Assembly (NCBI GenBank): GCA_002774425.1
Contig: PEYJ01000041.1
Coordinates: forward strand, 1-16,516
Direction: 5' to 3'
From: Parcubacteria group bacterium CG08_land_8_20_14_0_20_48_21
GTDB lineage: Bacteria > Patescibacteriota > Patescibacteriia > UBA1544
Length of the DNA: 16,516 bases
Each line of letters begins with the position of its first letter. Positions within the stretch are counted from its first letter, which is position 1. The position numbers and the translations under genes were made by a program. Positions 1 through 5,492 of the stretch are shown piece by piece. The notes under the pieces are model-generated. The model did not search any database. It saw only the letters and a program-made list of their open reading frames with translations, and was not told where the DNA came from.

Positions 1-680
1 AGCATCTCCCGCACATCGTGATCATTATTGATGAGCTTGCCGATATCATGGCAGCAGCCACGAGAGACGTTGAAATGGCGATTATTCGCCTGTCGCAAAT
101 GGCGCGATCGGCCGGCATTCATCTGGTTGTGGCAACGCAGCGTCCATCGGTAGACGTGATCACCGGACTCATCAAGGCAAATATTCCGACACGCATCGCA
201 TTTCGGGTTGCATCACAAATGGATTCGCGCACCATATTGGATACGGGAGGCGCGGAAAAACTCATCGGCAACGGCGATATGCTCTACTTGGCCCCCGAGA
301 TCGGCAAGCCCAAACGTCTCCAAGGTGTGTATCTCTCCGAAAAAGAGATTGCCGGTGTTGTGGATTATCTCAAATCGCATAACGATGAAGGTGTTACGGC
401 ATATGACGAAACTATTACCGAGCACCAAAGTGCAGCCGGTTATGCGGGAAGCGACGGTGAGGATGATGATCTTCTTCCCGAAGCAATAGAGGTAGTCAAG
501 CAGACCGGTAAAGCGTCTGCTACGCTTCTGCAGCGCCGGTTGAAAGTTGGCTACCCGCGAGCGGCGCGTCTTTTGGATATCATGGAAGAGAAGGGATTTA
601 TCGGTTCCGGCGAAGGCGCCAAGACACGTGAGGTGTATATGGAAGAGGTGGGAAGTTTTGAGAATGTTGAGGAAGAATAG
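1..680 (+). CDS. ftsK: DNA translocase FtsK/SpoIIIE, C-terminal part. The 5' end lies outside the window, and the frame continues from position 3.
   Basis: The translation ...HIVIIIDELADIMAAATRDVE...VVATQRPSVDVITGLIKANIPTRIAFRV... is the motor-domain tail. The C-terminal ...ASATLLQRRLKVGYPRAARLLDIMEEKGFIG is the gamma winged-helix (KOPS-binding) domain. Stop is TAG at 678-680. Confidence 0.85.
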   Translation, partial: HLPHIVIIIDELADIMAAATRDVEMAIIRLSQMARSAGIHLVVATQRPSVDVITGLIKANIPTRIAFRVASQMDSRTILDTGGAEKLIGNGDMLYLAPEIGKPKRLQGVYLSEKEIAGVVDYLKSHNDEGVTAYDETITEHQSAAGYAGSDGEDDDLLPEAIEVVKQTGKASATLLQRRLKVGYPRAARLLDIMEEKGFIGSGEGAKTREVYMEEVGSFENVEEE

Positions 681-762
681 CTTGACTTCGTGAGTCTGCA
701 AGTCTTGCGAAGTCAGTATTTTGCAGGGAGTATCGTCATTATAATTGCTACGGTCTTTTTCC

Positions 763-1734
763 ATGTTTCTCCATACCTTTATTCCAGGGCCAATTGCCTG
801 GCATTTTGTAATCACGGTCGTCTACTGGTACGGTCTTCTCGTAACGCTTGGCGGTGTTGCTGGTTTTGTGTTGATTGCACGGCTGGCAAAAAGTATCCAC
901 TTCCCCTTGGCGCATCTTACGAACCTCACTTTTTATACCGTTATTTTCGGTTTTCTCGGCGCGCGCGCCTTCTACGTTCTCTTTATTGAGTGGTCGTACT
1001 ACAGCACCAACACGGGAGAGATACTTAAATTTTGGCAGGGAGGCATTTCCATTCAGGGCGGCATCATCGCGGGAGCGTTTGTGGTGTGGCAATACGCACG
1101 ACACTTTTCCGGGAAAATAAAAAATCAAGAGGTCGTTCCACTTAAAGTCGTTGCGGGTGAGAGTGGTGCGAACGCTAAACAAACTTTGGTTGACGAGAAA
1201 ATTTTCCCCTTCACCTTCTGGCATCTTGCCGATATCATTGTTCCCGGTGTGGCTTTGGCGCAGGCAATTGGACGATGGGGGAACTACTTTAACCAGGAAC
1301 TGTTTGGCAAACCAACCGATCTACCATGGGGCATTCCCATTGATGTGGTGAACCGCCCCTCGGTGTACGCCGATGCACGCTATTTTCATCCCACCTTCTT
1401 ATACGAATCACTCTGGAATCTTGCCACTTGCATCGCGCTGGTTATGCTTTTCAACTCTATATATCATGCAAAATCTCCTTTTCGTCATTCCCGCGCAGAC
1501 CTGTCTACCGGACCGGCAGGCGGGAATTCATTGAAAAACCTTAGCGGCCTTGTTGCACTTACCTATCTTATTCTCTACTCACTCGGACGTTTTCTCTTGG
1601 AATTCGTGCGTATTGATGAAGTACCACTCTGGTTTGGCGTGCGCGCAACGCAAGCAACCGCATTACTTTTCATCCTCTTTGCGATTTTGGTTGGATTTGG
1701 TATACTGAAGAAACACAAGGTACGACAGACGTAA
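763..1734 (+). CDS. lgt: Prolipoprotein diacylglyceryl transferase. The track ORF starts at TTG 745; ATG 763 is the more likely start.
   Basis: Contains the Lgt signature GRWGNYFNQELFG and the C-terminal YLILYSLGRFLLEFVR motif, in a multi-TM protein. A TATAAT box sits at 740-745. The gene carries two insertions relative to E. coli Lgt, one of which is palindromic repeat copy A. Confidence 0.85.
   Translation: MFLHTFIPGPIAWHFVITVVYWYGLLVTLGGVAGFVLIARLAKSIHFPLAHLTNLTFYTVIFGFLGARAFYVLFIEWSYYSTNTGEILKFWQGGISIQGGIIAGAFVVWQYARHFSGKIKNQEVVPLKVVAGESGANAKQTLVDEKIFPFTFWHLADIIVPGVALAQAIGRWGNYFNQELFGKPTDLPWGIPIDVVNRPSVYADARYFHPTFLYESLWNLATCIALVMLFNSIYHAKSPFRHSRADLSTGPAGGNSLKNLSGLVALTYLILYSLGRFLLEFVRIDEVPLWFGVRATQATALLFILFAILVGFGILKKHKVRQT
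1484..1531. repeat. 48-bp imperfect palindromic repeat, copy A, inserted in-frame in lgt where it encodes RHSRADLSTGPAGGNS.
   Basis: gtcattcccgcgcagacctgtctaccggaccggcaggcgggaattcat. Terminal inverted 8-mers attcccgc/gcgggaat. The first 14 nt are identical to copy B. The length is 48 nt, which is 16 codons. Confidence 0.7.
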
Positions 1735-1753
1735 CACGACACACACCAATCAG

Positions 1754-1801
1754 GTCATTCCCGCGCATGACTGCCTTTCCGGTAGGCAGACGGAAATCTA
1801 T
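1754..1801. repeat. 48-bp palindromic repeat, copy B, intergenic, ending 6 nt before the pilin ATG.
   Basis: gtcattcccgcgcatgactgcctttccggtaggcagacggaaatctat. Inner perfect 6-bp stem ctgcct/aggcag. Same length as copy A and identical to it at about 33 of 48 ungapped positions. Confidence 0.7.
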
Positions 1802-1807
1802 AAAATT

Positions 1808-2203
1808 ATGAAAAATAATCACTTTCTTAAAACCATGATTGCAGTAAGCTGCTTGAGTTTATTGCTTATTTCACCGTATATGGTTTTTGCGGAGAAACCA
1901 AATGAAAGTAATATAGGAAATACCTGCGGATCGTCATCCGTGGGTAGTGGAGGGCTTGTCAATCCTCTTGGCGTATGCTCCATACCCCAGGCAATTGGTG
2001 TAGTGTTAAAATACATATTAGGCATTGTTGGATCGCTCGCTCTTGCCATGTTTGTTTACGGCGGGTTGATTTGGATGACCTCCATGGGTAACGCGGAAAA
2101 TGTGCGCAAAGGGCGTGATGTGCTCATCTGGTCTACTATCGGACTGGTTATCATTTTTGGCAGCTATGCTCTTGTAACCTTTGTCCTGCAGATTGGCTCC
2201 TAG
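1808..2203 (+). CDS. Secreted small two-helix membrane protein, TrbC/VirB2-like (type IV secretion pilin-like) family common in CPR/Patescibacteria.
   Basis: Signal peptide MKNNHFLKTMIAVSCLSLLLISPYMVFA|EKP, a Gly/Ser-rich spacer, then the pattern GIVGSLALAMFVYGGLIWMTSMGNAENVRKGRDVLIWSTIGLVIIFGSYALVTFVL (YGG..W.TS.GN.E...G...IGL.I.FGSYA). Recognised from memory of the family and not searched. Confidence 0.55.
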   Translation: MKNNHFLKTMIAVSCLSLLLISPYMVFAEKPNESNIGNTCGSSSVGSGGLVNPLGVCSIPQAIGVVLKYILGIVGSLALAMFVYGGLIWMTSMGNAENVRKGRDVLIWSTIGLVIIFGSYALVTFVLQIGS

Positions 2204-2252
2204 TTTTCAATTTATTTCCTCCGGATGAGATAATCTATACTCCAACATCCTT

Positions 2253-2341
2253 GTCATCCCATAGTCATTTCCGTCATTCTCGCGATCTCTTAGGTATTCC
2301 CGCGAGAGACCTGCCTACCGAACAGAAAGGCCGGAATCCAT
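2253..2341. repeat. Palindromic repeat, copy C, about 69 bp with a duplicated head (2273-2341), preceded by two extra partial head motifs (gtcatccc, gtcatttcc).
   Basis: gtcattctcgcga...attcccgcgagagacctgcctaccgaacagaaaggccggaatccat. Shares head gtcattc-cgcg, core gacctgcctaccg and tail ggaatccat with copies A and B. Confidence 0.6.
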
Positions 2342-2354
2342 AATAAATCAAACC

Positions 2355-2381
2355 AAAAAAGCGGTAACCCCCCGCTTTTTT
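2355..2381. terminator. Bidirectional intrinsic terminator.
   Basis: aaaaaagcgg-taacccc-ccgctttttt: a stem of up to 10 bp with A-run/T-run flanks, downstream of the pilin gene and copy C. Confidence 0.55.
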
Positions 2382-2421
2382 CTTTGGCACTCCTCACTTC
2401 CCGCACTTACCGCGGTTGCGA

Positions 2422-2450
2422 TTGACAACATTTTCTATATATGTTACAAT
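2422..2450 (+). promoter_or_regulatory. Sigma70 consensus promoter, TTGACA-17-TACAAT.
   Basis: TTGACA at 2422-2427, a 17-nt spacer, TACAAT at 2445-2450. The predicted TSS near 2457 gives an 80-nt leader ending in the AGGAGGA Shine-Dalgarno (2524-2530) before ATG 2537. Confidence 0.6.
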
Positions 2451-2536
2451 ATTCTGTCGGCATATTTTTTGCCGCGAGTTTGATCTTTAAAATTAAATAA
2501 TAAATATTTTCATCCACCACCTGTCAGGAGGAATCA

Positions 2537-3679
2537 ATGAACATTTTAATTCTCGTCGTAGTGGCGGTTTCGTACGTCTATGCAGCTCTTTTGTTGCTGC
2601 GGATAATGGGCAGATTTAACTTTTTCGTTACCCTTGTTCCTGAAGGGTACGCGAAAGCCATTGTGAGTGCTGAAGGTATGGAGCGGATGGTCATGCAGTG
2701 GGAAGGTCATACGTTTCACGGGAAGGTAAATAAAGCTCTTATCCCCCAATCCCCCCTCTCATACTGGAATGTAGTTGAAGATAAAAGGGCGAATAGAACA
2801 AGGAGTGTGTGGAGGATGGTGTTGAGTCAGTTAGGATTGAGGGGATTACGATGGGTGGGCATCCCCGGAGTTGTCAGTGTGTACACGTACAAATTCCGGT
2901 GGACTTCTCTGTTCCAGCAGGCAAATTTGCCGGAAGGAAAAGTAGTTACCCCACACGAAAAAAAGAGAATGGACAGGATCATTCTCAAGCCGGATGTGTA
3001 CTACATTCGGCTACCAAGCGTTGAGGACCGAAATCTCATTCCCTTAGATTTGGACATTCTGTTAACTGTGCGTATTACCAACCCATGTCTGGCACTGTTT
3101 TTCGTGCAAGAGTGGTTGGAAATGATTACAAACAGGATTCTCCCAGCGTACCGCCGTTCCATTGGTACGAAGGAGTGGAAGATGCTGCAGGGTCAACTTG
3201 GAGATATGAGCGTTCGTGGCGGGACGCCCTCACCGCTTGCCACGGATCTTGCGGAAACTATACAGGAGCTGCTGCAACAATTCGGAACCGAAATTGTTGC
3301 AGCAGAACTTATTGATATCACCCCCGGGGGTGATCGTAAGTTAGAGTTGCTCGCGGCATCCACCGCGGAGTGGGAGGCGACACAGCAAGCGAATGCTGCG
3401 GTAGAGAAGGCGCGTGGAGATGCAGCCCATGTCACAACGGTCTATCATGCCATCCAAGAGATGGGTGATGTGGGGTTGCAGGTGCGCGCCTTGGAAGCCC
3501 TCGAGGCAGCGGGTGCCAAGGAAGGAAACTGGATAATCCCGCTGGGTGGGTTGGGCGATCTGGCAACGCGTCTCGTTGGGCAGAAACGTGCAAAATCTTT
3601 GCTGGACGAGATTATCGCGCTCACCTCTGATGAGCGCGATAATTTGCTGAAACTTCTAAGAAAGGATGATAAATCATGA
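2537..3679 (+). CDS. SPFH/band-7 (prohibitin/HflK/stomatin-like) membrane protein.
   Basis: N-terminal TM, the VPEGYAKAIV motif, DLDILLTVRITNP, AELIDITP, an Ala/Glu-rich coiled coil and the C-terminal NWIIPLGG motif typical of HflC/prohibitin tails. An atypical insertion of about 80 aa lies in the N-terminal half. Confidence 0.55.
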   Translation: MNILILVVVAVSYVYAALLLLRIMGRFNFFVTLVPEGYAKAIVSAEGMERMVMQWEGHTFHGKVNKALIPQSPLSYWNVVEDKRANRTRSVWRMVLSQLGLRGLRWVGIPGVVSVYTYKFRWTSLFQQANLPEGKVVTPHEKKRMDRIILKPDVYYIRLPSVEDRNLIPLDLDILLTVRITNPCLALFFVQEWLEMITNRILPAYRRSIGTKEWKMLQGQLGDMSVRGGTPSPLATDLAETIQELLQQFGTEIVAAELIDITPGGDRKLELLAASTAEWEATQQANAAVEKARGDAAHVTTVYHAIQEMGDVGLQVRALEALEAAGAKEGNWIIPLGGLGDLATRLVGQKRAKSLLDEIIALTSDERDNLLKLLRKDDKS

Positions 3680-4395
3680 AAGAATTTTTTCATGAATACT
3701 GGCAAGTTCTGCCGGTGCTAATCATCATTTTAGCACCAGTATTGATCGCCATTGCGGATAGCATTCGCGAGGCGGAAGAACCACCGCAGGGTAAAGATAG
3801 GAAGAGCAAAGTGGAGAGGGTAAAGGCGCAGATAGAAAAATGGAAGGAAGGAGCATTCGCCGCGCCTTTGTTGTGGTACGCAACGTTCCTATGCGTACTG
3901 CTGCTCGCATTTCCGGAGAAGTTCAAGTTGTGGTATGGAAAAGATCCATTGCCACAACCCTCCTTTCTCTCTTTTCAGGTCTGCGTAGTTCTGATCGCGC
4001 TCACCTCAAAAGGGAAGGAATGGGCGCGGAAGTTCTTCATGTACGCCGCTATACTCCTGTTGCCCGTAGTACTTGTCGCGGGTAGCAGTCCTTTTCAGGA
4101 TGAAGATGAGGAGGATGAAAAAGAAGTTACCCGCTCTGCGCAACAGGCAGAGCGGATGGTCTGGAAGATGTATCCGGAAGCCAGACCAAAAGTTGGGGAA
4201 AGGTGGAAAGTCCACAATCCCCATGTATACCCCATCCATGTCAGGATGGGAGTGTACCCGATTGGCACGCCTCAAGTACCCCCGGGCGAGGACTGGTTCC
4301 TCAACATAACCCGGGCGTGCGGAACACCTCCCTTTTATGTGCTACTGAAGGAAGGGGACGAGGTAACCAGTGTAACCATTGCACTGGTTAAGTAG
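3676..4395 (+). CDS. Four-TM membrane protein with an acidic linker and a small C-terminal beta domain, possibly an NfeD-like partner of the SPFH protein.
   Basis: Its start overlaps the SPFH stop (ATGA at 3676-3679). Four hydrophobic helices, a DEDEEDE linker, and the C-terminal ...PPGEDWFLN...LKEGDEVTSVTIALVK, which resembles the NfeD OB-fold tail. The operon position fits the known SPFH-NfeD pairing. Confidence 0.4.
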   Translation: MKEFFHEYWQVLPVLIIILAPVLIAIADSIREAEEPPQGKDRKSKVERVKAQIEKWKEGAFAAPLLWYATFLCVLLLAFPEKFKLWYGKDPLPQPSFLSFQVCVVLIALTSKGKEWARKFFMYAAILLLPVVLVAGSSPFQDEDEEDEKEVTRSAQQAERMVWKMYPEARPKVGERWKVHNPHVYPIHVRMGVYPIGTPQVPPGEDWFLNITRACGTPPFYVLLKEGDEVTSVTIALVK

Positions 4396-4411
4396 TAAAA
4401 TGTATATCCAA

Positions 4412-4454
4412 GGAGCGCGGGTTCGGTTCCAAACCCTACCCCGCTCCTTTTTTC
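4412..4454 (+). terminator. Intrinsic terminator after the SPFH operon.
   Basis: ggagcg(cgggtt...aaccc)cgctcc followed by TTTTTT: an interrupted GC-rich stem plus a T-run. Confidence 0.5.
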
Positions 4455-4665
4455 TTTGTCTCTATTCCAAAATTTCCACAGGAGATTCATGTATCCAATC
4501 CTGCTTTACGCAGTTCACCTTGCCGGTCGTGCAACCAATAATTGTTGTAGTGGGAAGAATATTTTCACCCAAAATTTCCTTGGTGACAGATTCCTTTTTG
4601 AATCTCTGTTGTCACAGGGTTGATGGTGAAGAAATAGTGTACGCACGTTAAAGAACAAAATAGCA

Positions 4666-4681
4666 ATTTCTATCGTCTTGG
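4666..4681. repeat. Left arm of a 16-bp inverted repeat bracketing tRNA-Asp (atttctatcgtcttgg; overlaps the CCA).
   Basis: The reverse complement of 4757-4772 is atttctatcgccttgg, a 15/16 match. Confidence 0.6.
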
Positions 4682-4755
4682 CGGACCGGACGGGACTCGA
4701 ACCCGCGACCTCCGCCGTGACAGGGCGGCATTCTAACCAACTGAACTACCGGTCC
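4679..4755 (-). tRNA. tRNA-Asp (anticodon GTC), CCA encoded.
   Basis: Reverse complement GGACCGGTAGTTCAGTTGGTTAGAATGCCGCCCTGTCACGGCGGAGGTCGCGGGTTCGAGTCCCGTCCGGTCCGCCA. Folds as a cloverleaf, 77 nt, nearly identical in the T-arm and anticodon arm to E. coli tRNA-Asp. Confidence 0.9.
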
Positions 4756-4756
4756 T

Positions 4757-4772
4757 CCAAGGCGATAGAAAT
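4757..4772. repeat. Right arm of the tRNA-Asp flanking inverted repeat (ccaaggcgatagaaat).
   Basis: Complementary to 4666-4681 with one C/A mismatch. Confidence 0.6.
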
Positions 4773-4893
4773 ATGTGATAAAACGAAGTTTACCCAAAAT
4801 ATATTACTCCATAGAACGTGAGTAGTGTAGCAAGAAGTACGCTTTTTTGCAAGAGATATAAGGGTCTTAGCCATTTTTCCACAGATTTGCCGG

Positions 4894-4922
4894 TAGACAA
4901 AAATCATGCCACGTGCTATACT
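4894..4922 (+). promoter_or_regulatory. Sigma70-like promoter, TAGACA-17-TATACT.
   Basis: TAGACA at 4894-4899, a 17-nt spacer, TATACT at 4917-4922. The downstream A-rich region of about 215 nt contains no ORF before 5144. Confidence 0.4.
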
Positions 4923-5143
4923 GCTTGCAGAAGTCAAAAAAACAGGCTTCAAAAATACAAAAATAAAAAAATATGCAAAAACAAAATATATTCTTGCCGA
5001 AAGGCAAGGTGAATACGCACCCTATCAAAGGTCTTGCACGCCGACTTTTTATAAAAGGATGGCGCCAGAGTAATGCGATAAAAGCAAAACCTTTGTTTTG
5101 CCGATCTGATTTATTTTCACCAACCGCTGCCGGGAAGAGGTAA

Positions 5144-5476
5144 GTGGTTTTTTGTTGTATGGAATTTGACGCTTTACAACCGCATGATATAATGATCACC
5201 AGAATCGCCTTTTTTCTTGGGGTTTTGGAGTATACCGAAGGGCTACGGGAGCTATGGATGCAAACGGCGCTTAAAATGTCTGAAGAAGCAAAAACATCTT
5301 TTGCGCACATGCTGGAAGAACTGTTCATTTTACAGCTGATCGATCGTGTTCCCGAAGAACATCAGGACTATATTATTGCCCGCAAACAAGAAGAATTACA
5401 CGAACAGCAGGAAATAACCGTGCAAACGCAGGTTATCATGCAACTGGAGAGACTTGCGCCAAAACTTGCTTCATAA
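5144..5476 (+). CDS. Small hypothetical protein of about 95-110 aa. Start uncertain: GTG 5144, ATG 5159 or ATG 5192.
   Basis: Open frame ending 16 nt before the large ORF. Predicted helical and acidic (…MSEEAKTSFAHMLEELFILQLIDRVPEEHQDYIIARKQEELHEQQEI…). No family recognised. The internal TTGACG-16-TATAAT (5166-5193) could mean the true start is downstream. Confidence 0.35.
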   Translation: MVFCCMEFDALQPHDIMITRIAFFLGVLEYTEGLRELWMQTALKMSEEAKTSFAHMLEELFILQLIDRVPEEHQDYIIARKQEELHEQQEITVQTQVIMQLERLAPKLAS

Positions 5477-5492
5477 CTTTTAATCATTTTTT

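Noticed and set aside
213-815. 200-aa minus-strand ORF
   Set aside because: Lies antisense to the well-supported ftsK frame and has no recognisable family. Treated as a shadow ORF.
1484-2341. Integron attC interpretation of the palindromic repeats
   Set aside because: No intI in the window, and the elements lack an obvious GTTRRRY core. Kept as a generic palindromic/MITE-like family.
4489-4623. 44-aa ORF (MYPILLYAVHLAGRATNNCCSGKNIF…) with a GGAGA 3 nt upstream
   Set aside because: Too short, with too-tight Shine-Dalgarno spacing and no support. It lies in the spacer likely occupied by tRNA-Asp 3' processing signals.
5166-5193. TTGACG-16-TATAAT inside the 5' end of ORF 5144-5476
   Set aside because: Could be a real promoter, which would imply a later start codon. 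It could equally be a chance match inside coding sequence. Not called as a feature.
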